Made by a program: the position numbers and the translations under genes
The notes under the pieces: model-generated
What the model was told of the DNA's origin: nothing
Seen by the model: the letters and a program-made list of their open reading frames with translations, nothing else
The model's database searches: none
DNA from: an uncultured Alphaproteobacteria bacterium
GTDB lineage: Bacteria; Pseudomonadota; Alphaproteobacteria; HIMB59; GCA-002718135
NCBI GenBank assembly: GCA_902623585.1
Contig: CACNUO010000001.1
Coordinates: 72,314 to 136,313 of the forward strand
DNA length: 64,000 bases
Reading direction: 5' to 3'
Shown here: piece by piece, positions 49,802 to 61,164 of the stretch
Layout of the letters: each line of letters opens with the position of its first letter
Position numbering within the stretch: position 1 is the first letter of the stretch

Positions 49802-50574
49802 TGAACAGAAATCAAGTAACAATGCAGTTGTACACAACAAGAAAATTTCAACCTTACGAGCCAATATTTAAATTCCTATCTGAGTCTGGAATTAAAAATA
49901 TTGAATTATTTGATTTAGATAAAATTGATTTAGATAATTTTAAATCAATGATGGAAGAAAATAGTATTTCTATAAAATCTTCTCACATAAGTTTTCAAGC
50001 AATTACAAATACAGAAGAAACAATTAGTAGGATGAAATATCTAAATATTAAGCATGCGATAGTACCTTCTGTGCCTGAAAAATTTAGTAAAGATTTTGCT
50101 TCAAATTTTGATCTTGATGAAGACACTTGGAATAACTTTGGTAAAGATCTCTCATCATATGTACAAACGTATGAAGATAATGGTCTAACTCTTGGTTATC
50201 ATAATCATTCATTTGAATTCAGACCTCTTCCTAGCGGTAAGCTTCCAATAGAATGTATGATGGATCACAATGAAAATCTAAAAATGGAACTTGATCTTGG
50301 ATGGGCAGTTGCTGGAAAAGCAGATCCACTTGATTGGATAGAAAAATATAAAAATAAAATTATTGGCTGTCACTTGAAAGATTTTTTTGATGAAACAAAA
50401 AATCTTTTAGACCATAGTGAACAATCTGCTGTAGGAGAAGGTTTCATAGATTGGCCAAAGCTTCTTGCAGAAGTTAAAAAAACACCATGTGAAGTTTTTG
50501 TACTAGAACACGATGATCCAAAAGATTATAAAGAATACACAACAAAGTCTTTAGAATATTTAGAGACAATTTAA
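49801..50574 (+). CDS. Sugar phosphate isomerase/epimerase (xylose-isomerase-like TIM barrel)
   Basis: 257 aa with the pattern ...LGYHNHSFEF...MELDLGWAV...VFVLEHDDP typical of AP-endonuclease-2/XI-like TIM barrels. Confidence 0.75.
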   Translation: MNRNQVTMQLYTTRKFQPYEPIFKFLSESGIKNIELFDLDKIDLDNFKSMMEENSISIKSSHISFQAITNTEETISRMKYLNIKHAIVPSVPEKFSKDFASNFDLDEDTWNNFGKDLSSYVQTYEDNGLTLGYHNHSFEFRPLPSGKLPIECMMDHNENLKMELDLGWAVAGKADPLDWIEKYKNKIIGCHLKDFFDETKNLLDHSEQSAVGEGFIDWPKLLAEVKKTPCEVFVLEHDDPKDYKEYTTKSLEYLETI

Positions 50575-51698
50575 TGAATATTGGAATTGTTGGCTGTGGG
50601 AATATTTCTGAGACATATTTTGAATGTCAAAAAATATTTAATAATTTCAAAATAGTTGCTTGCGCTGATATTAATAAGGAAGCTGCTTCTAATGCTGCAT
50701 CTAAATATAATGTTAAATCTCTATCAGTTGAAGAAATTGTAGAAAGTAATGAAATTGATTTAATCATTAATTTAACAATACCTGCAGCCCATAAAGAAAT
50801 TATTACAAAATCACTACAAAATGGCAAACATTGTTTTAGTGAAAAGCCTTTAGCAATGAACTTTCAAGAAGGTTTAGAAATACGAAAATTAGCAGATGAA
50901 AAAGATTTATATGTTGGATGTGCACCGGATACTTTTCTAGGAGCTGCAGGTCAAAAAGCTAGAAAATTAATTGAAGACAATAAGATAGGTAAAGTTGTTC
51001 TTGGTACATTTAATTTAATGTCTCATGGTATGGAGCATTGGCATCCTAATCCAGATTTTTTCTTTAAACCTGGAGCTGGACCAGTTTTTGATGTTGGTGT
51101 TTATTATATTACGCAATTAGTTAACTTAATTGGACCAGTTAAAAAAATAAATGCAATCAGTGGAACTGCTACGAATGAAAGAACAATAACTAGCCAACCA
51201 AGATACGGAGATAAAATAAAAGTCGAAACACCAACAACCCTTATGGGTTCCTTAGAGTTTCAAAACAGTGCAAAAATACAGTTTTTTTGTACTTGGGATG
51301 TTTGGAAAAACAATCATTCAACAATTGAACTTTATGGACTTGATGGCTCGATGATTGTCCCTGATCCAAATTTTTTTAGTGGTGATTTATTAATTTCCCA
51401 AAAAGATAGTGATTGGGAAACTATTAATAATGATAACATGTTATTAGGTATCCCTAATAAAAGTGATGGAGAAGGTAACAAAAAAGCTAATTATAGAGGA
51501 ATAGGTCTCTCAGAAATGATTGATTCTATATCTAAAAATCGAAAAGCAAGATGTTCTCTCGAATTATCTCTTCATGTTTTAGAGATTATGGATGGTATTA
51601 TAAAATCAGCTGAGGAAAACAAACCTTATCAACTATCTACTTCTCCAAATCAACCTAAAATATTAACTGAAGAAGATATAAAAAATTTAAAAAATTAA
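50574..51698 (+). CDS. Gfo/Idh/MocA family oxidoreductase
   Basis: 374 aa with MNIGIVGCGNISETYF Rossmann and an EKP motif (FSEKPLA). Confidence 0.85.
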   Translation: MNIGIVGCGNISETYFECQKIFNNFKIVACADINKEAASNAASKYNVKSLSVEEIVESNEIDLIINLTIPAAHKEIITKSLQNGKHCFSEKPLAMNFQEGLEIRKLADEKDLYVGCAPDTFLGAAGQKARKLIEDNKIGKVVLGTFNLMSHGMEHWHPNPDFFFKPGAGPVFDVGVYYITQLVNLIGPVKKINAISGTATNERTITSQPRYGDKIKVETPTTLMGSLEFQNSAKIQFFCTWDVWKNNHSTIELYGLDGSMIVPDPNFFSGDLLISQKDSDWETINNDNMLLGIPNKSDGEGNKKANYRGIGLSEMIDSISKNRKARCSLELSLHVLEIMDGIIKSAEENKPYQLSTSPNQPKILTEEDIKNLKN

Positions 51699-51720
51699 TT
51701 ATTTAGAAATTTATAAAATA

Positions 51721-52323
51721 TTACTCAGTAATTTTTTGATAACTTTCTTGGTTTTGATCAAATAAAACTTCGTTAAATTTTGAAAGATCATTATCAACTT
51801 TTTTTAACATTGAATTAAACTCTGATCTTTTTGTTACTACTAAAGAAATGTCAGCAACAATTAAATCAATAACATATAATCGATCTTTTGATTCTTTTAC
51901 TCGCCATGTTACAATAACTGATCCAGTATCTGAAAAAATCTCCATATCAATCAAAGTGACTTGATTTTTGCTGTCATATTTTGATTTTGTTAATTCATAA
52001 GTTTGGTCTGAATAACCTTGCATCATTGAGGCTATATTTAGAGCCAAATGTCGTTTAAAATTATCAATGTAAATTTTTTTTGTATTTTTATCTGATTTTT
52101 TCCACGCTTCTCCTGCAACAAATTTAGCAATGCCAGTTCCAGCAAAATTATTATTTATTGTTTTTTCGATAAGAAGAAATCTGTTTTCATTAGAGAGATT
52201 TTCATTTTTATAAGCTTCAAGAATAATGTCTATTTCTCTTTTGAGCCAATCTGATGTCTCATCAGCAAATAAATTTTTGGAAATAAAAATTATAAAAAAA
52301 AATATTATTAAATAAAACTTCAT
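51721..52323 (-). CDS. mlaC: MlaC/Ttg2D-family periplasmic phospholipid-binding protein
   Basis: 200 aa with a signal peptide. The length and pattern (…FAGTGIAKFVAGEAWKK…YIDNFKRHL…) fit the family, and the gene overlaps mlaA. Confidence 0.7.
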   Translation of the reverse strand: MKFYLIIFFFIIFISKNLFADETSDWLKREIDIILEAYKNENLSNENRFLLIEKTINNNFAGTGIAKFVAGEAWKKSDKNTKKIYIDNFKRHLALNIASMMQGYSDQTYELTKSKYDSKNQVTLIDMEIFSDTGSVIVTWRVKESKDRLYVIDLIVADISLVVTKRSEFNSMLKKVDNDLSKFNEVLFDQNQESYQKITE

Positions 52324-53108
52324 TATTCAAACTCAATACTAATTAAAGGCAGAGGTGTTAATTCTGAATCATCGATATTATTAATTGCTGCCTTTCGATT
52401 TTGATAGTAAGAACTTCTTACTGCAGCATAATAATCTACTGAATTATCTCTTAATGCATTAACTTCATCAATTATTTGTGATCTAGTATCAACTGCATTA
52501 ACCGCTGTTCTCATTGGTACCAACCAAGCCTCACCTTCGCTTACTGCATATGCATTAATTGGATCTGTTAACATGGTTAATACCATACCCGATGTATCTC
52601 TTAGATTTGAGGGTCCAAATAAAGGAAGCACTATATAAAAACCATCTCCAACACCCCAAGTTGCAAGGGTTTGACCATAATCCTCTTCTTTTTCTTCAAG
52701 TCCAATTTTTTCGGCTACATCAAATAATCCAAATACACCTATAGTACTATTAACAATAAATCGTCCTGATGATTGAACAGCGTTTTCACCCTGGCCCTGT
52801 AATAATTGATTAACAACAACTAAAGGAGCTCTTAAATTGCTCAAAAAATTATTTATTCCACTTTGTAGCGGAGAAGGTAGTTTTTTGTAGCCTTTTGCTA
52901 ATGGTTCTAAAACAATTCTATCAGCTACATTATTAAAACTAAATATGGCTCTATTTACAGGTTCAAAAGGATCATATATTTCATCCTCTATCGTGGTTGT
53001 TTCAAAATCCTCTGAGTCAGTATTTACTTGATCAGCTTCACTAGCAGTTACATTCTGGGAAATGAAACTAAAAAAGATAAAAAACAGAATTATAATTTTT
53101 TTAATCAT
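52323..53108 (-). CDS. mlaA: MlaA/VacJ family outer-membrane lipoprotein
   Basis: 261 aa. DPFEPVNRAIFSFNNVADRIVLEPLAKGYKKLP is the VacJ signature region. Confidence 0.85.
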   Translation of the reverse strand: MIKKIIILFFIFFSFISQNVTASEADQVNTDSEDFETTTIEDEIYDPFEPVNRAIFSFNNVADRIVLEPLAKGYKKLPSPLQSGINNFLSNLRAPLVVVNQLLQGQGENAVQSSGRFIVNSTIGVFGLFDVAEKIGLEEKEEDYGQTLATWGVGDGFYIVLPLFGPSNLRDTSGMVLTMLTDPINAYAVSEGEAWLVPMRTAVNAVDTRSQIIDEVNALRDNSVDYYAAVRSSYYQNRKAAINNIDDSELTPLPLISIEFE

Positions 53109-53187
53109 AGACTAATCACTAATACCTAAACTATTATTTAATATAGTTTATAAATTACATTATATATATCTCTATTATAGCAAAAAA

Positions 53188-55407
53188 ATGACAGAAAATT
53201 CGCAAAATTATCTTGATTTATTAAATAAAGAGCAAAGAAATGCTGTCCAGCAAACTGATGGTTCATTACTTGTTTTGGCTGGGGCTGGGAGTGGAAAAAC
53301 TAGGGTATTAACCTTTAGAATCTTAAATATATTAATTAAAAAACTTGCAACTCCTAGACAAATTTTAGCAGTCACTTTTACTAATAAAGCCGCAAGTGAA
53401 ATGAAGTCACGAATCGGAGATGCATTGAATTTTCCAATAGATAATATGTGGGTAGGAACATTTCACTCTTTATCACTAAGAATACTAAGACAACATTACG
53501 AGGAAGTTGGATTAAGAAAAAATTTTTTAATTATTGATACAGATGATCAATTAAAATTAGTTAAAAATATTTGTGATGTAGAAAAAATAGATACAAAAGA
53601 AACTTCGCCTAAATATTATTTATCAGCAATAGATAATTTAAAAAACAAAGGAATAGGCCCTAATGAATTGAGTGAAAATAAATATAGGAAGAATGACAAA
53701 GAAATTAGAAAAATCTATAGTATTTACCAGTCAGAACTTCTTCGATTAAATAGTGTTGATTTTGGTGATTTAATTTTATTTTGTATTAAAATTTTTCAAA
53801 AAAATAATAATATATTATTGAAATATCAAAATATTTTTAAATATATTCATGTAGATGAATATCAAGATATAAATCCAATACAACAAGAATGGATTCATTT
53901 TTTATATAAAGGAAATAAAAATATATGTTGTGTTGGTGATGATGATCAATCAATATACTCTTGGAGAGGAGCTGATGTTAATAATTTATTAAATTTTGAA
54001 AAAAATTTTGAGAATGTAACAATTGTTAGACTAGAACAAAATTATAGATCAACAAGAAATATATTAAGTTGTGCATCAACTCTTATATCTAAAAATAAAG
54101 GAAGATATGGAAAAGAATTATGGAGTAAAAATCAGATTGGTGAAAAAATTACAATTAATGGATTTTGGGAAACAAAAGAAGAGTCTGTTTTTGTAACAGA
54201 CAAAATAGAAAATATCATAAAAGATAAAATAAATTTAAGCGAGATCTCAATCTTATTTAGAGTTGCTGCACATACGAGATCGTTTGAAGAAAGATTAATA
54301 AATCTTGGACTTCCTTATAAAATAATTGGAGGTTTACGATTTTATGAAAGAAAAGAAATCAAAGATATTATTGCGTATTTAAGATTAACAAATAATTTAT
54401 CTGATGATTTAGCTTTTGAAAGAATAATTAATGTACCTAAAAGAGGAATAGGAAAATCAACAGTTAGTAAGATCAGTAGCTATGCTAGAATGAATAATAT
54501 TTCTTTATTTGAATCTGCACAACAACTGACATTTAAAAGTAATTCTAAAGCTAAGGGTGAATTATATAATTTTACTGATAACATTCTGAAATGGCAAAAG
54601 GTTAAAAAGAAATTTGACCATATTGAATTAGCTAAAGTAATAATAGAAGACTCGGGTTATTTAGATTATTTAAAAAAAGAGGAAGAGAACTCAAATAAAC
54701 CTGACAGCCTATCAAGAATAGACAATTTAAATGAATTTATTGAAAGTTTAAAAGAATTTGAAAACATAGAAGGTTTTTTGGAACATGTATCTTTGGTTAT
54801 GGAAAACATAACAAATACTTCAGAAGAAACACTTACTCTTATGACAATGCATGCCGCTAAAGGGTTAGAGTTCGATTATGTATTTCTTGCTGGTTGGGAG
54901 GAAGGGGTTTTTCCAAGTCAAAGATCAATAGAGGAGTCAGGTAATCAGGGATTAGAAGAAGAAAGAAGATTGGCATATGTCGCATTAACGAGAGCAAGAA
55001 AAAAAATTTATATTACTTATGTAAATCAAAATAGATACTCCTTTGCATCACATGATTATAATTTACCTTCGAGATTTATAAGCGAGCTTCCAGAAGATAA
55101 AGTAGAAATAAATGATTCTAAATATATTCAGGATAATAACTTTTTAGATAATTTTTTAGAAACTGATTCATTTAGTGAAGAAATTATTACTCCAGGAAGA
55201 AAAAGATTATTAGAAAACTCAAAAAAAAAATAATATTGACTGGGATTTTAATCAAGATTTTGAATATGAAGTTGATATTTCAAAGGGAAAAAATGTTTAT
55301 CATCAAAAATTTGGTAATGGAAAAAATTATCAAATTAGATGGTGATAAAGCTTTAATTGATTTTGAGAATTTTTCTTCAAAAAAAATATATTTAAAGTTC
55401 TTGAAAA

Positions 55408-55418
<11 letters not shown>
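53188..55418 (+). CDS. uvrD: UvrD/PcrA-type ATP-dependent DNA helicase II; the 3' end is disrupted as written by two +1 frameshifts (A10 at 55221-55230, A6 at 55321-55326)
   Basis: GAGSGKT, DEYQD and the remaining helicase motifs sit in the 681-aa ORF. The conserved C-terminal tail continues in frame +1 (NNIDWDFNQDFEYEVDISKGKNVYHQKFGNGK) and then frame +2 (IIKLDGDKALIDFENFSSKKIYLKFLKIID*). Confidence 0.85.
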
Positions 55419-58221
<2,803 letters not shown>

Positions 58222-58254
58222 AATTTAATTATATATTTTAATTTAAAAATTTGA

Positions 58255-58999
58255 ATGAAATATATTACAAAATATAAATCGCCCAATTATAATTCAAGAC
58301 AGAATTCAAAAATTAAGCTAATTATAATTCATTATACAGCTTTAAAAAATATTGAAGATGCCATTTCTTATTTGTGTAATAAAGAAAAGAAAGTTAGTTC
58401 ACACTATCTTATTTCACAAAATGGGACTGCGTATAATTTAGTTGATGATAAATTTAGAGCATGGCATGCAGGGAAAAGCTTTTGGCAAGGGATTACAGAT
58501 ATAAACTCAGTTTCAATTGGAATAGAGCTAGATTTTAGCCCTTATGGAACTAACAACAATTTTTCTTTTAAAATGATGTTTTCATTAAAACTGCTACTTA
58601 ATAAAATTCAAAAAAAATATAAGATTAGTAAAAAGAATGTTTTGGCCCATTCAGATATTGCACCTTTTAGAAAGAAAGACCCTGGAAAATACTTTCCATG
58701 GAAATCACTTTCTAAATCAAATATTGTACAGAATTTTCAAAGTTTAAGTTATAGCGATAAGGAAATAATTGAAAAATGGTTTAATATTAATAATATTAAT
58801 TCAAAAAAAAGAGAAAATAATTTTTGCATTATCATTAATTGGATACGATACTCGTCAAGTATATAAGAAGCCTAGACTTTATAATAAACTGATAAGTGCT
58901 TACAATCTTAGATATCTAAATCATGTAGATAAAAAAAATAATTTAATTTATGACGCTGTAATTAAACATCTATTCAATTTTATATTGACGAAAAATTAA
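58255..58999 (+). CDS. N-acetylmuramoyl-L-alanine amidase (AmpD/amidase_2 family); disrupted as written by a +1 frameshift in A8 at 58803-58810
   Basis: The amidase_2 core (IIIHYTA..., SSHYLISQNG..., AWHAGKSFW, IGIELD, AHSDIAP.RKKDPG) lies in ORF 58255..58866. The conserved C-terminal part (..LIGYD...ISAYNLRYLNH...) continues in ORF 58769..58999, one frame over. Confidence 0.75.
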
Positions 59000-59018
59000 A
59001 TAGATCTATTAGTTGATT

Positions 59019-59354
59019 AGATGGTGTGATGATCGCTTGAGTAATCAAGAGGAAAGTCCGGGCTCCACTGGAAAAGAAACCAGGTAACACCTGGCAAGTG
59101 AAAGCTTAGGGAAAGTGCAACAGAAAATATACCGCCTGCAAAGGTAAGGGTGAAATGGTGGGGTAAGAGCTCACCGCTTTTTTGGCAACAAAAGAGGCTT
59201 TGCAAACCCTTTTTGGAGCAAGGTCAAATAGGAAAGGCAATCAGTTCCAGCTGAGTCTTTCGGGTAGACTGCTTGAAACAGATGGTGACATTTGTTCTAG
59301 ATTAATGATCATCAATTTTTTATAAAATTACAGAACCCGGCTTATGCACCATCT
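59019..59354 (+). ncRNA. rnpB: RNase P RNA, bacterial type A
   Basis: The universally conserved P4 strands GAGGAAAGTCCGGGCTCC (5') and ACAGAACCCGGCTTA (3') are present. Terminal P1 pairing is AGATGGTG / CACCATCT. Length about 336 nt. Confidence 0.9.
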
Positions 59355-59402
59355 TTATATTTATTGAGAACATAAATAGAACATTTATCGTAATTTCATA
59401 TA

Positions 59403-59437
59403 CCCATTGACGCCCATATAATCCCATGATAACCCAT
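59403..59437 (+). promoter_or_regulatory. Four direct CCCAT repeats (ATGGG on the other strand) with exact 10-bp phasing: candidate MraZ operator of the dcw promoter
   Basis: CCCAT occurs at 59403, 59413, 59423 and 59433, ending 6 nt before the mraZ ATG. E. coli MraZ binds TGGGN direct repeats with 10-bp periodicity. Confidence 0.6.
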
Positions 59438-59442
59438 ACTTA

Positions 59443-59904
59443 ATGGATTTATTTGTATCCAAATATATTAACAAAATAGATAAGAAGGGAAGAGTTTCTC
59501 TACCTTCTAGCTTTAGAAATGTACTTCCAAAAGCTAATAGAAATGAAATTATTTTATACAAATCCATAAAAACACCTTCTATTGAGGGTTGTGGTGTTGG
59601 AAGATTAAAAGAAATCGCAAAAAGAATTAATAATTTAGATTTTTTTTCTGAAGATTATGATGATTTTTCAACATCAATATTTTCAGAAATAATTACTACT
59701 AATATTGATAAAGAAGGAAGATTTTTAATTCCCGAAGAATTAAAATTATACGCAGGCATTAAAAATGAAGCTGCTTTTTTTGGTCAAGGCCATTACTTTC
59801 AAATCTGGGAGCCAAAAAAAGGTCTTAAAAATACTGAAGATTCAAGAAGACGTCTTTTAAAAGAAAAAAAATCATTACGAATGATGTTAACACAACATAA
59901 ATAA
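59443..59904 (+). CDS. mraZ: Transcriptional regulator MraZ
   Basis: 153 aa with duplicated DxxxR motifs, DKKGRVSLP and DKEGRFLIP. It is the first gene of the dcw cluster. Confidence 0.92.
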   Translation: MDLFVSKYINKIDKKGRVSLPSSFRNVLPKANRNEIILYKSIKTPSIEGCGVGRLKEIAKRINNLDFFSEDYDDFSTSIFSEIITTNIDKEGRFLIPEELKLYAGIKNEAAFFGQGHYFQIWEPKKGLKNTEDSRRRLLKEKKSLRMMLTQHK

Positions 59905-59905
59905 T

Positions 59906-60844
59906 ATGGAAAATTTACATAAGTCAGTAATGATCAATGAAATAATATCCTTTCTACCATTAACAAAATCAATAAATGTAATAGATGCAACTTTTGGTGG
60001 CGGTGGCTATTCAAAAACTATCCTTGAAAAATTTAATGTAAATCAATTGTTAGCAATAGATAGGGATCCAATTTCAAAAATATTTGCAAAAGAAATAGAG
60101 TACAAATTTTCAAATTTTTCTTTAATAAACGATAAATTTAGTAAAATTGAAGAAATAGTAAATAATACAAAGTTTCAAGATAAAAAATTTGACATAATTC
60201 TTTTTGATATAGGTACAAGCTCAAATCAAATAGATAATGCGCAAAGAGGTTTTTCATTCAACAAATCTGGACCACTTGACATGCGAATGGGTCCATCTGA
60301 TAAAAATGCTTATGATATAATTAATAAGTATGAAGAAAAAAATTTAGCTGACATAATTTATCAATATGGAGAAGAACGTTATTCAAGAGTTATTGCAAAA
60401 GAAATAGTAAAAACTCGAAAAATAAAATTCATAAGTGATACAATAGAATTATCAAACATTATTAAAAAATGTTTACCAAAAAAGAATCAATTAAAAAACA
60501 AGATTCATCCAGCTACAAAAACATTTCAGGCAATTAGAATTTATGTAAATGATGAGTTAAGTGAACTAAAGACGAGTCTAGAAAAAACTTTAAAAATTAT
60601 AAATAAAGATGGTTTAATTTTAGTAGTTTCTTTCCAAAGTCTAGAAGATAGAATTGTGAAAGATTTTTTTAACCACAATAGTGGTAAACGATGGCGTTCC
60701 TCCCGCCACTACCCGGAGTTACCTGATAAACTGGCAACTCAACTTAAAATAATCACCAAAAAACCAATATTGCCATCAGCTTCTGAGATTTTAGAAAATC
60801 CCAGATCTAGATCAGCAAAACTTCGGGTAGCTCAGAAAATTTAA
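59906..60844 (+). CDS. rsmH: 16S rRNA (cytosine1402-N4)-methyltransferase RsmH/MraW
   Basis: 312 aa with HKSVMINEI, DATFGGGGYS, DIGTSSNQID and HPATKTFQAIRIYVNDEL. Confidence 0.93.
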   Translation: MENLHKSVMINEIISFLPLTKSINVIDATFGGGGYSKTILEKFNVNQLLAIDRDPISKIFAKEIEYKFSNFSLINDKFSKIEEIVNNTKFQDKKFDIILFDIGTSSNQIDNAQRGFSFNKSGPLDMRMGPSDKNAYDIINKYEEKNLADIIYQYGEERYSRVIAKEIVKTRKIKFISDTIELSNIIKKCLPKKNQLKNKIHPATKTFQAIRIYVNDELSELKTSLEKTLKIINKDGLILVVSFQSLEDRIVKDFFNHNSGKRWRSSRHYPELPDKLATQLKIITKKPILPSASEILENPRSRSAKLRVAQKI

Positions 60845-60846
60845 TA

Positions 60847-61161
60847 ATGAAGTATACAAAATCGATAATCTTTTTTTTAATTTTTAATTTAATACTTGTT
60901 TTTTCAATGATTGTTATTGCCAATAATACAAGAGAAATCGAAAAAAATAATCAAAATCTAAAAATGAAAATATCTAAAATTTCAGAAAATTTAAAAATTA
61001 ATAAGATAGAATTAGCTGCTCATCAAAGTAGCTCATATTTAAAAACACTATATGAGTTGTATTTTAATGAAACTCAAAACAATAATATTCCTCTTATTGT
61101 AAAAATTAAAGAACTTTCAGATCACGATAAAAATATCAAGCTTGTTAGTTCAAATAATTAA
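60847..61161 (+). CDS. ftsL: Cell division protein FtsL-like (single TM plus coiled coil)
   Basis: 104 aa. Called from its position between rsmH and ftsI, an N-terminal TM helix and a heptad-rich region. Confidence 0.5.
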   Translation: MKYTKSIIFFLIFNLILVFSMIVIANNTREIEKNNQNLKMKISKISENLKINKIELAAHQSSSYLKTLYELYFNETQNNNIPLIVKIKELSDHDKNIKLVSSNN

Positions 61162-61164
61162 TTA

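Noticed and set aside
414-52744. Remaining short ORFs in the track. These are 414-614, 4015-4263, 4861-5070, 11180-11377, 20252-20479, 23209-23442, 24748-24966, 26033-26278, 28943-29179, 30222-30518, 32327-32512, 32501-32704, 33088-33291, 35225-35476, 38574-38789, 38748-38933, 41784-42032, 43220-43492, 43410-43628, 47768-47962, 48056-48238, 48218-48400, 50627-50827 and 52559-52744.
   Set aside because: Each lies inside, and mostly antisense to, a longer ORF with clear family-level homology. Their products are low-complexity or hydrophobic junk typical of AT-rich shadow frames.
58769-58999. 76-aa ORF overlapping the amidase 3' end.
   Set aside because: It is the displaced C-terminus of the amidase (A8 frameshift at 58803-58810), not an independent gene.
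59017-59205. 62-aa minus-strand ORF.
   Set aside because: It lies entirely inside the RNase P RNA gene, whose conserved P4 and P1 elements explain the sequence. This is a spurious ORF in relatively GC-rich structured RNA.
59385-59567. 60-aa minus-strand ORF across the mraZ start.
   Set aside because: It is antisense to mraZ and its phased operator boxes, and has no coding signature.
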